From Octopus vulgaris (Eukaryota), in NCBI GenBank assembly GCA_951406725.2, contig OX597831.1:81158001-81222000 (forward strand): a stretch of 64,000 bases of DNA. Direction: 5' to 3'. This document shows, one piece after another, positions 41,623-56,086 of this stretch. Under the pieces are notes generated by a model. The model worked only from the letters and a program-made list of their open reading frames with translations. It did no database searches and had not been told where the DNA came from. A program made the position numbers and the translations under genes. Positions within the stretch are counted from its first letter, which is position 1, and each line of letters opens with the position of its first letter.

Positions 41623-42103
41623 GAGAGAGAGAGAGAGAGAAAAAAAGAGATAGATAGATATTGTTATATAGATGTATATATTGTTGGATTGAATGTTATT
41701 GGTTGGTGACGAAACAATAACGGTTTTGGGGATGAAGGGCCAATGTTTATTGAGACAATTTTTGTTTTCATTGTAGTGTTTGGTTCTTGTTTGCATGTCC
41801 ACCTTTTTTATGCGATCCATTTCTGATTCGTTCTAAGTGTAGTTCTTCAACTTTTCGATGTTATCCCCGATTGTGGTCCGAATGGTGACTAGAGTTTTTC
41901 CAATGTCTGCAATGGGTCTGGATCTAGACTTAATAGTTTGTATTGTCTCTTTATTTAATTTTATGGTTAAGGGATTATAAGGGTCATATATCTAATTGGT
42001 TCCAGATCAAGGTTTTTCGCTTGTCATTAGTGTCAGTTGGTCGAGAATTTAATGATTAAATGGGTTTGGTTTTTAGCTAGAAACGACGTGATGGTAGATT
42101 TGC

Positions 42104-42161
<58 letters not shown>

Positions 42162-42313
42162 GGTGCTCATCCCTCTAATCTTTCATCCAACACACTGCTA
42201 TCCTCCCCCCCACAGCCATATGACTAATCATACAGACACATTCACTTATCTAATCTATTTCCACATGTTCAGAACATTTGATCTAAATCATTCTCTCTCC
42301 CACTTTCTCTCAG

Positions 42314-42346
<33 letters not shown>

Positions 42347-43192
42347 ATTTCTCTCTCCACTCTCTCCCTTCTCTCTCCACTCTCTCCCTTCTCTCTCTTA
42401 TAACAATCATTTCTGTTAAGTTGTCACAATAAACTCCTGGTTTACCTTTCCTGCTCTGTAGATTTCGTACGGCGTTTTGGTGCCTGTTCGTTGTTGTTGT
42501 TTTCGTTGCTATTATCGTTATTGTTGACGTACGTTTTAAGCAAATTATCTATTTCTATGTGCGTATGTACGCATGTATGTATGTATGTATGTATGTATGT
42601 ATGTATGTATGTATGGATGGATGGATGGATGGATGGATGGATGGATGGATGGATGCATGGATGCATGTGCATGTATGTATGTGTGTATGTATGTATGTAT
42701 ATATGTATGCATGCATGCATGTATGTGTTTGTGTATGTATGTATGTCATTCAGTTTTATTTCAACATTTCTTGCCAATAGAGAGAGAGAGAGAGAGCCGG
42801 TTTCTAACCCACGTCCAAAGCTCCCTCATTGGAGTTTCAACATCAGAAACAGGGTATTTTTGTTAGTTTGTATGCGTGTATGTAATTTTGTACGTATTTA
42901 TCTGTGCAGATTTCTATGTATTCTCCATGCTCATATATATCTAAATGATAAACCTCTGGTAAGTTTTACAGATTTCTAGTGTTTCAGTGATGTATGTGTG
43001 TATACACAAATATTTATAATACATAGTATATAATATATATACACATGTTTACATATATATAAATGCATAAAATTGTCTCAGCTTTATACGACATAAAGTT
43101 TCTAAGTTCGTTGGGCGATCTCTCGTCAATACAGAGTAGATTCCCCCTACAAGACTTCGAAATGCCGGAGGGTGCGTCAGACTTATCAACTA

Positions 43193-43227
<35 letters not shown>

Positions 43228-43872
43228 TTCTGCGCGTGTGTGTGCGTGTGCGCGTGTGTGTACGTATATGCTGGGATTATCTGTCCCAAGGAACATTGTA
43301 CGGCTACTTAGAACTGAAGCTATTCAAACTGAACGCCAATGTTTCATCAAAACAGTGGCTGCAACAAGAGACTTTATTCCGTTCGATGACAAACCTTGTT
43401 CACTCAGACATTTAGACCCGACCCTCGCAAACAAGTCTGCTTCTTATTGTCCCAATCCTTTTCATTCAACAAACTCGATTATTCGTCGCCATTTTAGTTA
43501 TGTTGAATGTATAATATTTTGTTATTATCCAATATTACTTGGATTGCATACTTTGTACATATAGCTGGCTGCAGCGTTAAAGATGCTGGCAACCGGTGGT
43601 TCAATGGTTCGAGCCACGTTGTGAAGATACCTCTTTCGTCTTTGTTTCATAGCTTCAGTCCACCTTGCTTTAAAATATATTATTGGTTCGCTCCTGGTGT
43701 GATCTGAGGCATGTTTGGCAGTTAGAGCGACCAAATAAAGACTTTTTTGTTGACTTGAAAAGGCGTAAATATAAAATGGTTGAATAAGGTTTATAAAAAT
43801 CATATTAGAGACGATCGGAATATTAAAGCAAAAGAGAGACGGACAGATAGATAGATAGACAGACAGACAACC

Positions 43873-43951
<79 letters not shown>

Positions 43952-43977
43952 CAGATAGATAGATAGATAGATAGATA

Positions 43978-44505
43978 AGTTTCTTTATTGGCCACACAGG
44001 GCTGCACACAGATGGGACAAGTTACAAGGTAGAGCTTTCCTTTTGGGGGATGAAAAAAAGGGGGTGGCGTAGGTTTTCGATCAAGAGGGATCGTAAAAGG
44101 GAAGAAAAGAACAAAAAAAAAATATAAAAAAAATAGAATAAAAAATAAAAAGAATAAAAGAAAGAAAAAAAAGAAAGGGAAAGGAACAAAAGAAAAGAGA
44201 AATGAAAAAAGAAGAAAAAGAGGAAAAAAAAGGGGGAAGAGGAAAAAAAAAAGGAACGATCAATAGGGATCGTGTATCACAGTGTTATGATATATGGTGT
44301 AAAGGGGAAAGCAAGTAAGGTTTATCCGTGGGAAGAAAAGCCTACGAAAAAGACCACGGTAACCTTGGTCAATATTGTTATATGTTACCACATTTGTTTG
44401 CAAGTGGGTAACCCTCTGTTTTCAATTTCTGGGTTCATAGGATTATGCTCAAGGTGGCTTCGTCATTCATACGTGCCATCCTTGCTACATTCGCCCATCT
44501 TTTTT

Positions 44506-44506
<1 letters not shown>
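43978..44506 (-). mobile_element. 3' end of an L1/Tx1-like LINE inserted in (GATA)n
   Basis: Minus strand begins aaaagatgggcgaatgtagcaagg (cf. gaaaggtgggtgaatgtgacaag at 36377), has a T-rich UTR and ends gccctgtgtggccaataaagaaac; (GATA)n on both sides. Confidence 0.7.
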
Positions 44507-44594
<88 letters not shown>

Positions 44595-44904
44595 GGATGG
44601 ATGGATGGCTGGATGGATGTTTGGGTGGGTGGGTGGATGGATGGACGAGTGGATGGATGGATAGATAGACAGATAGAGAGGAGAGAGAGAGAAAGAGATA
44701 CAGACAGATGGGGACAAAAAGAGGGAAGAGGGGGAAATGTTTTTTAACCGTGGATCAAACCCGTCCCAATAGATCAATGATCAAAGGCTTTCCAGCCGTG
44801 GCTGTCGCGATACGTTTATACTTATACATCAGCTACTTCATTCTTCGAAATATTTACATTATTTCGGAGGGATCACTTGCTTCTATTTCAGTCAGATGGA
44901 ACGA

Positions 44905-45074
44905 CTACGTGGGTGCGTAGTAAGAAGTTTATTTCCCAACCACATGGTTCCGGGTTCAGGCCCATTGTGTGGCAACTTGGGCGAGTGTATTCTACTGTAA
45001 CCTCGGACCGACCAAAACGTTTTGAGTGAATTTGGTGGATGGAAACTGAAAGAATCCTGTCGTATATATATATA

Positions 45075-45147
<73 letters not shown>

Positions 45148-45320
45148 CAGACAGACAGACAGAAAGAGAGATAGAGCAAATAAGTAACAAAGATGTCCAG
45201 GTATGCACTGATATCTGGACATCCTTGTTACTTGTTTGCTTTTTGCTCACCTCCTGTCGAGCTGCTTGGACTATACCGAACTGGCTTGGGGCCTCAATTT
45301 AAGTGCCTAATTGAAGCCAG

Positions 45321-45415
<95 letters not shown>

Positions 45416-45625
45416 TGTGTGCGTGTGCGTGTCCCGCCATCGCTTGACAACCGATGTTAATATGTTTGCCTCCTCGTAACTTAGCGGTTCGGACAGAATG
45501 GCCGACAGAATAAGTATCATGCTTTAAAAAAAAATAAGTACTGGTGTCGATTCATTCGAGTAAAATTCTTGAAGGCGATGCCCCAGTATGGCCACCGTCT
45601 GATGACTGAAGCAAGTAAAAGGTAA
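44905..45625 (+). mobile_element. tRNA/CORE-like SINE split by microsatellites (head 44905-45062, tail 45425-45625)
   Basis: B-box-like gggttcaggcc, CORE-like ggcaacttgggcgagtg, tail ggcgatgccccagtatggccacc...tgactgaagcaagtaaaag. Confidence 0.7.
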
Positions 45626-46085
45626 CGCCTCTGTTAGTTCTTCCTCTCCAGAATCACAAGGGACCAGTCTCTCGTTTCCTCTCCATTCACTTTCAACTGT
45701 TGCATGGAGTCCCTTGATGTTGTCCTTACACAAATACATCGTAATTATTGTTGTTGTTGATGTTGTTGCTGTGGTTCTTATTGTTGATATTTTCTTTATT
45801 TACTTTCTTCTTTTCTTCTTCTATTTTTTCTTTTGTCCGAAATTGTATTTTCATGTTGTCATTATTATTATTATTATTGGTGTTGGTGTTATTGCTGTCT
45901 TCCATTATCATTGTTCCCGCTTGATATCGCTAAATTGCCTAATGTACCTATTTTTTTCCTTTCTTTCTTTCCAACCAATCCTTGATTTTTTTAACAAAAA
46001 AACAACTCATTTATGTGTGTGTGATTGTGGCTGTGTGCGTGCGTTCATGGACGCGCGCGTGTGTGTGTATGTGTGTGTATATGTC

Positions 46086-46133
<48 letters not shown>

Positions 46134-46346
46134 TACACATGCATATGTATATATATTTTATCTTCTCGTGTATTTATTTCTTCCTGATAGCAACATCAAT
46201 CATGGCTGCTGGTTCAAATTACAAGTGATTTCCACTCACATCTCTCCACCGACCAAACCAAACATCAAAGGACACCGGAACATTTTATCCTCATTCTTAT
46301 CTAACGTTCGACAAAAGTGAAAGTAGAGAGGTAGGGAGAGGTGGTT

Positions 46347-46378
<32 letters not shown>

Positions 46379-46775
46379 GTGGCATAACGTGGTGGTGGCG
46401 GTGGTGGTGATGTCGGTGATTTGGGGGTGGTGGGTAGAGTTATACTGATACGACATGATTCGTGAGAGTTAGAAGCGGCGTTTAATACTCGACAGAGAAC
46501 CGCAGGAGAACAAAACAATACAAGATAACAGATACAACAATAACAATAACAACAATAATAATAATAATGGTAACAGCAACAACAACAATAAGAAGAACGA
46601 CAATAACGACAACAGCAACAACAAGAACAAAACAGTAAAACGCGATAAGCATCAAGAAAATAAAGGAGGAAAGAAGAGAGAGGGGGTGATATAGAGTTAG
46701 AGAAAGGAAGGGAGAGAGAGAGTGTGAGAGAGGAAGAGATAGGGAAATAGAGAGAATTATAGTAAAACGTATGAC

Positions 46776-46827
<52 letters not shown>

Positions 46828-46997
46828 TGATAGTGTGAGGTTGAAAAATGATGAAAGGCTGTAAAAGTGAGAAAGTAAGGGAAAAGGCAGAGAAAGAAAG
46901 AGGAAGGGGAAGAGATGGTGAAAGTATAAATGTATGGAGAGGAAGAGGACTGAAAGTGAGTGAGAGAGAGTGTGAGGGTTAGTGGGAGGAAGAGCAG

Positions 46998-47048
<51 letters not shown>

Positions 47049-47737
47049 AGAGTTGAATGAATGTTTAAATGAATTCTAATTAAATGTCAGAAATTGTCAG
47101 GGAAAACATTTTACTGAGTTCTGATTTTACCTCATTAGATTACTGGTATCACAGTCATCAACACTAAAGACAAAAGTATAAAACTGATTTAACAGACACA
47201 TGATGACGAATTATTGTTGTTTAGCCCCAGGCCAGCTCTGATCCGGCAGAATTATGACCAGCCAGTCTTCTCTGGCCAAACTGTCCTTGCATTTTTTAAA
47301 GTGCCTATTATATTTTCGGGGGACAATGGCGGAGAAGATTTTAAGGACCAACTGTTGAGGTTCTCCTCTTTGACCAAACGCTTCATCAATCTCTTCAAGT
47401 TGGGCTTCGGCAGGAAAGTGAGGAGGACCAGGAGACGCTGACCTAACTTGCAGAAAAGGAGTGTTGCGAAGGTGATTGGGTCGGCTAAAGACGGAGATAC
47501 CTGTAAACTATTGGAACACTCAATTGGGAAACATTTGATGTTTGCTGTCAAAGAATTCCTGAATGTCTACGGTTCCTAAATCAACATTTGGTGAGTGTCT
47601 CTTTATAGGACTTTCTCGCTTCACTCCTCGTACGTTCCCCTCTTTGCGATTCAGTTCTGTGTTAACCGACCAACGATTTTATGATCTCTCCTTGACAATG
47701 ATTCCTCTTCTGTAGACCAGGAGTCAAATAAAGGTAT

Positions 47738-48018
<281 letters not shown>

Positions 48019-48119
48019 TTACTCCACAGAGCTCTCGGTCTTCCTTGCTCTGGTTGATTCTTGGTGAGCGGACAGTGACCTGTGGTCAGAGGTCTTATAA
48101 CTAATAGTATTATCATTAT

Positions 48120-49125
48120 TAAGGCGTCGAGGTGACGGAATGGTTAGCACACCGTATAAAATGCTTTCGTCCGACGTTATGGTCTGAGTTCAAATTCCAC
48201 TGAGAGCGACATTGCCTTTCATCCTTTCGGGATCAATAAATTAAGTGCCTAAGGCGGCGAGCTGGCAGAAACGTTAGCACGCCGGGCGAAATGCGTAGCT
48301 GTATTTCATCTGCCGTTACGTTCTGAGTTCAAATCTAACCGTGGTCGACTTTGCCTTTCATCCTTTCGGGGTCGATAAATTAAGTACCAGTTACGCATTG
48401 GGGTCAATGTAATCGATTTAATCCGTTTGTCTGTCCTTGTTTGTTCCCTCTGTGGGTAGTAAAGAAATAGGTATTTCGTCCGTCTTTACGTGCTGAGTTC
48501 AAATTCCACCGAGAGCGACTTTGCCTTTTATCCTTTCGGGGCCGATAAATTAAGTTCCTAAAAAGATTCCAGCCTTGTGCCTATCGCAGAAAGGATGATT
48601 ATCATTGATGTTGTTGTTGTCGAGGGCTTCGTTCCATTTAACTGTCGAGGCCCGTCTTCGCCTCAAATTTCTGGTCTTAAGCTTGCAGAACCTTTAGAGT
48701 ATCGAAAAAAAATGCTATGTGATATTTGTTTCGGTTCGTTAAGTTTCGAGTTCAAATCTTGTCAATGACCGCTTTTCCTTTCATCCCTCCGGTGCGTCGA
48801 TCAAATAAAATGCCACTCAAATAAGCACTGAATCGATTTAATCGATTGCCACCCTCACCGCTCCGCCAAACGTCAGCCTTTGTACCTACGCAACAATCAA
48901 TTATTATTAATAGACAATAAGTTTGGGAGGTGAACAGGTAGAATTGTTACCTGTGACATTTTGTCCGTTTTTACATTCTGAGTTCAAATTCCACCGAGGT
49001 CGACTTTACCTTTTAGCCTTTAGGGGTCGACAAAATATGTATCATTTGTACACTGGGATCGATGCGATCGACTATCCCCCCCCCCATAAATGTCTGGCCT
49101 TGTGCCTATAGTAGAAAGGATTATT
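48120..49125 (+). mobile_element. Tandem cluster of ~5 tRNA-derived SINE copies or partial copies
   Basis: Repeated ggcggcgagctggcagaaacgttagc (A box) ... ctgagttcaaattcc (B box) ... gactttgcctttcatcctttcggggtcgataaattaagt. Confidence 0.9.
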
Positions 49126-49829
49126 AACAGACAATTATTACTGTTTAATCGCCTTTATCTCATTCCCGACAATTATGTTAATTTATTCCAGGTCCTTGAT
49201 GTAATTAACACGTATTACCATATAAGGAATTATATTTGGGGAAGAGCTTCGGCATCGAGAATATGAGAAAGAACGCTTTGCGAGTGAGAGGCGTCAACCG
49301 ACCGACTGAAATACGATGAGAGTTGTGGTTTCTTCAGAAGGCAGATAGGTAAGATAAGGTGGATGGATGGGTGGTTTAATGAGGAGAAGATGGGGTTGGG
49401 TAGGTGGATGGACAGGTGGGTAGATTCGTAGGTGGAGGTATGGGTGGGGTAGGTGGATAACGATTATGTGAGGGGTGGGGGAGGGATCTCGTTAGATGTA
49501 TTTGACAAGATGAATTATTGTTGCAGGAATATTAAGGTACCATAAAAACGATGAGTTCTGATAATAGGGGTGAAGAGGAAGGCACAGAGATGATAGAGAG
49601 GAAGAAGGTAGAGCGGGAGGTGAGCGGTGGAAGGAGAGTGTGATGTTGTTATTGATGGAAAGAATGGCAGACAGACAGACGGACGGACAGATAGATAGAT
49701 AGATGGATAGATAGATAAATATGTATATAGAGAGATAGATAGATAGATAGATAGATAGATAAATATGTATATAGACTGCGGATGCTGGAGCACCGCCTTT
49801 AGATAGATAGATAGATAGATAATATAATC

Positions 49830-49922
<93 letters not shown>

Positions 49923-50245
49923 GAAAGACCAAATGAAAGGCAAGCAGAAGACAGAAAGAAAGCAAGAGAAAAGAAAGATAGAAAGCGTGGACAGAGAAAG
50001 GAGGAAAAATAGTAAATATAAAGAAATAAAGACAAAAGGGAAGGAAAAAGATGGAAAGAAAGAAGGAAAGAGGGAGATAGAGGAAGAGAAAGAGCGAGGA
50101 AAGGGGAAAGAGTTAATAGTTTAAGGGAAGGAAGATGGCGGAAGTCTTGCAATGATATTTGCATATTAATTGTGTGTTTGTGGAACCGACTTACTCTGTG
50201 GACTGTCATTTGATCCCGAGGCTCTGGTACAACACACACACTCAC

Positions 50246-50304
<59 letters not shown>

Positions 50305-50610
50305 AATATATAGGGGGAGAGAGTGGTGGGGTGAGGGCTTCCATGTCTGCTCTTCGTTAGTGTTTTCAAGTACGTGCGAACAACGGCAACAACGATACCA
50401 TTGTCACAATTAATGGCCAACATTGTGAGTCTTTGATAGCATCAGAGTAGATTTATGAGCAACAGGAAAGAGAGAGGGGGGGCGAGGAGAGAGGGAGAAA
50501 GAGAGAGAGAGAAAGTGAGAAAAAGAGGCAGAGAAAAAGGAATAGAGAGGCAGAGTGTGAGAGAGAAAGAGAAAGAAAGTGAGAAAAAGAGGGAGAAAGG
50601 ATGAAAGTTA

Positions 50611-50651
<41 letters not shown>

Positions 50652-51064
50652 TAAATGACTGCGAAAGAAAGGGGCAGAGTAAGAGAGTGAGGAAAAAAGA
50701 AAGGTAGATGTTGTAAAGAAAGGGGAGGAGAGTACAAGAGGAGTAGCGTTGTGTAATTTGGCTAGAATTGGTAGAATAAGGAAATGGAATGGCGAGCAGT
50801 GAACCGAATCTGTGTTAATGTTTGCCATTCTTAGATGTAAATATTATTTCACTTGAGCAAGACAATTCCTTTGGCAAATGGTAACAATTTTGGATGGTTG
50901 TAGCAGAGGTTCGATAAGATCCAAGCATGTTACAAGTTAATTATCCTGATTAATTAAGTGTAGACACACCTTCAAAGCTCTGATTAATCTACATTATTTG
51001 CATTATTTACATTTGACGGATATTTGTTCTCATCTTGTTTGTTGTTAACACAACTTTTCCCCAA

Positions 51065-51110
51065 GACACCTGATGAAGGCTGGAGGGTATATCAGGCGAA
51101 ACGCTGTGTT
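51065..51110 (+). ncRNA. Hammerhead motif with mutated cleavage triplet, next to ~60-bp inverted repeats
   Basis: GACAC-CUGAUGA-A-GGCUG...CAGGC-GAAAC-GCU-GUGUU; inverted arms at 50991-51052 and 51105-51167. Confidence 0.65.
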
Positions 51111-51479
51111 AACAACAAACAAGATGAGGACAAATATCTGTCAAGTGTAAATAATGTAAATAATGTACATAATTCCTCATTTCTTAATTATAGAACTCTG
51201 CATATCTATCTAAATTTAGTTTATGGCTAATTATAATTTCTTGAAGAATTATCTCCCTTGCTCCTTCTGAGAGCAGGAGTTCATTAACGCTAATAACTTT
51301 GTAATTTAGTTTATAATTTGAGTTACATAAAAAACCAAAACAGTTTCTGGAATATTGTCAGGCACTTAGAGATTCCTTCTTATCAGGTTATGTTTCTATT
51401 CTTTTCTTCTACTTGTTTCGGTCATTTGACTGCAGCCTTGCTGGAGCACCGCCGCAAAATATTTAATATTCTTTTGAGG

Positions 51480-52240
51480 ACTAGAGGCAGAGAAGGATGA
51501 TGACATTTTCTGAGAAAATCTGTACTTGGAAGAAAATTAGCTTGCTGGTCATTTGTAGAGAACTTTCAGTTCAAGAACTCTGGACATCTTCTGGCCTGGC
51601 ACCACGTGGGGAGTTTTGGCACAGAAATACTGCTAACCGAACCTGTTTGACATGCGCGCAGAGCAACCAAACATTTCTGAAGACATTTGTTCAGTGTCCG
51701 AACGTATACGATTTATAGGAGTGGAGGTCGATCTGTTGTCAGATGTAGGACGGGTTCAGCTATCAGCCGAGGCCATCTCGAGGAGCCATCGCGCTGCTCA
51801 CTTTTAGCCGCAAAGGGTTACGGTTTTCGCCAGTAGCTAAGGCGAAAGAAGTTCTGTGATGGACGCGACTGAAAGGACTGAAGAGAGAAACTTTTATTAT
51901 CAGCCAAGCACTTGGAAATTGAGACGGAAGTGATTCTGCCCACACCTCGTCCACCTTTCTTTCAGGGACACGAACATGGGGCGGTTTAAACGAGCCATTA
52001 TTGGACATGCACCAGTTGAGACAGATGAGAAAGGGCACTTGCTTTTGGTGTCAAGGTAATTCACGATTTTCCGTTTGTTAGTCTTAAGCAGCTCGTCTAG
52101 CTGTTGCGCTATCCTGTCATGGAGCCCTCTCAGCTTCTTCCTCCAATAACCATGGACCCCTCCTCCAATTTGAGAGTTTTCTAAACTGCTTTTTTTATCA
52201 TTTCTGTAGTTATCTTTATATCTTATTGGGCTTCCATATT
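51480..52240 (+). mobile_element. Highly degenerate L1/Tx1-like fragment
   Basis: RTCLTCAQSNQTFLKTFVQCPNV and cggttcagctatcagccgag parallel 36020-36160. Confidence 0.6.
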
Positions 52241-52244
52241 TCTT

Positions 52245-52635
52245 AACCTGACAGAATCGTTAGCACGTCTGGCGAAATGCTTAGGAGTATTTCGTCTGCC
52301 GTTACGTTCTGAGTTCAAATTCCGCCGAGGTCGACTTTGCCTTTCATCGTTTCGGGGTCGATAAATTAAGTACCAGTTACGCACTGGGGTCGATATAATC
52401 GACTTAATCCGTTTGTCTGTCCTTGTTTATCTTCTCTGTGTTTAGCCCCTTGTGGGTAGTAAAGAAATAGGTATTTCGTCTGCCGCTACATTCTGAGTTC
52501 AAATTCCACCAAGGTAGATTTTGCTTTTCATTCTTTCGCGGTCGATAAATCAAGTACCAGTTGAGTATTGGGGTCGATGTAATCGACTTCCCCTCCCCAC
52601 AAAATCCAGGCTTTGTGCCTATAGTAGAAATAAAT
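52245..52635 (+). mobile_element. tRNA-derived SINE plus tandem partial copy
   Basis: ctgacagaatcgttagcacg...ctgagttcaaattccgccgaggtcgactttgcc...gtttagccccttgtgggtagtaaagaaatagg, then a repeat of the B-box half. Confidence 0.9.
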
Positions 52636-52657
52636 ATCATTATTATTGTTGTTGTTG

Positions 52658-52689
<32 letters not shown>

Positions 52690-52726
52690 GTTGTTGTTGT
52701 TGTTGTTATTATTATTATTATTATTA

Positions 52727-52761
<35 letters not shown>

Positions 52762-52810
52762 GTTGTTGTTGTTATTATTATTATTATTATTATTATCATT
52801 ATTATTATTA

Positions 52811-52851
<41 letters not shown>

Positions 52852-52888
52852 GTTGTTGTTATTATTATTATTATTATCATTATTATTA

Positions 52889-52931
<43 letters not shown>

Positions 52932-53005
52932 CATTATTATTATTATTATTATTATTATTGTTGTTGTTGTTGTTATTATTATTATTATTATCATTATTAT
53001 TATTA

Positions 53006-53087
<82 letters not shown>

Positions 53088-53094
53088 TATCATT
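52636..53094. repeat. (TTA/TTG)n microsatellite
   Basis: Direct reading. Confidence 0.95.
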
Positions 53095-53650
53095 GCCTTT
53101 GCACAACTTCTAACACTGTGTCAGCTGTTCACTATTTTTTGAGCACCTTCCGGAGTAATCCAGCGGTTCCAAGCAGTGTTGTTTTCTGCAAGTGCTCCAC
53201 ACTTATTGCAGCCCGTATTTGTTCCATGTACTCCTCAAGATTTTTACTCAATATTCCCAGGGCTCTGACAATTGTTGGTACTACCACCACCTTTTTCATC
53301 GACCACAACTGTTTAACATCCCAAGCTAACCTGTCTTATCTATCGACTTTTCTTTCTTCCTAATCGCAGACTTTGTTGTCAGCTGGGCATGCTATATATA
53401 TGATCCAGCATAGTTTGCTTTCTTTCTCAATTAAGATTATGTCTGGTTTCCTATTCTCTATCTCATGGTCGCTCTGAATCACAGGATCTTTGCATTATCA
53501 TCTTCGACGATGCCTTCGGGTTTGTGGTTGTACCAATTTTTTGCTCTGTCAAGTCTATACTTGTGGCAAAATGTCCAATGGACAAGACTTGATATATTGT
53601 CGTGGCGACTCTTATATTCTTTCTGGGCTAGTGGCCTACATTGGCTGGTA
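53095..53650 (-). mobile_element. 5'-truncated R4/Dong-type element (subfamily C), minus strand
   Basis: Reverse-complement match to 28120-28702 (RRHDNI, RKPDIILIEKE, VVVVPTIV, LQKTTLLGTA); its 3' end gtgcaaaggc abuts (TAA)n on the minus strand. Confidence 0.9.
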
Positions 53651-53658
53651 TAATAATA

Positions 53659-53730
<72 letters not shown>

Positions 53731-53855
53731 CGTGGTAGGAGTAGTAGTCGTGGTAGTAGTAGTAGTAGTAGTAGTAGTAGTAATAGTTGAGTAGTGTTAT
53801 GCAGTGCCCTTTTTAAATACTACATATTGTTATTGTTGGAATGTGATTAGTTATC

Positions 53856-53926
<71 letters not shown>

Positions 53927-53988
53927 TATTATTATTATTATTATTATCATTATTATTATTATTATTATTATCATTATTATTATTATTA

Positions 53989-54039
<51 letters not shown>

Positions 54040-54817
54040 TAAGAGACCAGTTGTGAGTTGTTAGTTTTGTTGGACAGTGGAGACATGGAGGGTATGGTCT
54101 GTTAAACAACTCTCCGTAGATTCCATACTGACACCACCCGGATGTACTGACAATACCCATTCAGACTACCCTCAACGAACACCTGGACCTGTAAAGCCTT
54201 TATTTACTTATATTTATTTATTCATTCATTTATATCTTTTTTTTTCTTATCTTAGAATTTCCTTCTTCTCTCTTTAATACATTTTCTTATCCTTTCAGGT
54301 ATTTCCTATTTTTGTCAATTCTCGTCCCTTTCGGATTCCTTTCTTCATTTCTCCATCTTAATTGTTGTCGTTCGCTGTGAACTGTCACGTTTCACAGAGT
54401 TCTACAAAGAAAACGTTTTATTGAGGATTACCTCAACAGTTCCTCTTCTGTCGCTATTACAATGGCCTCTGTTCTTTGGGGCTGGTTGGTCGCGTACCTC
54501 TTCCTCTCAGGACTCCGATCAATTCATTCTCTCGTTGCGTTTTACCTCCAGCTTCCACCTCCGTCCCACTCTCTCCAGTCCTTCCTTTTTGGAACAACTT
54601 TCTGGAATCTTCTCCTTGCTTATGTCTTTCTTGCAGATGTTGGCCGACCCGGTCCGAACGAAGCATTAACGCGTCTCGGAGATTCTACAAAGGTCATGGA
54701 ACTGTTTCTTCCTTCAGCCTCAACCATTTTGATTCGCATGCAGCACTATAATCAAGGAAGAAGTACTTGGCACAGTGAGAAACACACCGACCGGAACACA
54801 AAACGTAAACACCTAGT

Positions 54818-54871
54818 CATACATACATACATACATACATACATACATACATACATACGTACATACATACA

Positions 54872-54903
<32 letters not shown>

Positions 54904-56086
54904 CATACATACATACATACATACATACATACATACATACATACATACATACATACATACATACATACATACATACATACATACATACGTACATACATAC
55001 ATACATACATACATACATAGATACATACATACATGCATACATACATACATACATACATACATACATACATACATACATACGTACATACATACATACATAC
55101 ATACATACATACATACATACATACATACATACATACATACATACATACACATACAAACATACATACATACATACATACAATACATACATACATACATACA
55201 TACATACATACATACATACATACATACATACATACATACATACATACATACATACATACATACATACATACATACATACATACATACATACATACATACA
55301 TACATACATACATACATACATACATACATACATACATACATACATACATACATACATACATACATACATACATACATACATACATACATACATACATACA
55401 TACATACATACATACATACATACATACATACATACATACATACATACATACATACATACATACATACATACATACATACATACATACATACATACATACA
55501 TACATACATACATACACATACAAACATACATACATACATACATACAATACATACATACATACGTACATACATACATACAAACATACATACATACATACAT
55601 ACATACATACATACATACATACATACATACATACATACATACATACATACATACATACATACATACATACATACATACATACATACATACATACATACAT
55701 ACATACATACATACATACATACATACATACATACATACATACATACATACATACATACATACACATACATACATACATACATACATACATACATACATAC
55801 ATACATACATACATACATACATACATACATACATACATACATACATACATACATACATACATACATACATACATACATACATACATACATACATACATAC
55901 ATACATACATACATACATACATACACATACAAACATACATACATACATACATACAATACATACATACATACGTACATACATACATACATACATACATACG
56001 TACATACATACATACATACATACATACATACATACATACATACATACATACATACATACATACATACATACATACATACATACATA
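54818..56086. repeat. ~1.27-kb (CATA)n satellite with higher-order repetition
   Basis: Direct reading; the variant block catacacatacaaacatac...caatac recurs at ~55144, ~55511 and ~55920. Confidence 0.95.

Noticed and set aside
41690-42090. Possible Penelope ORF remnant
   Set aside because: Composition is suggestive only; no conserved motif could be read.
48250-48340. tRNA gene
   Set aside because: A and B boxes are present but there is no cloverleaf and the sequence continues into a multicopy body, so it is a SINE head.
54040-54810. Possible LINE ORF1/5' remnant on the minus strand
   Set aside because: No clear zinc knuckle or other diagnostic motif.
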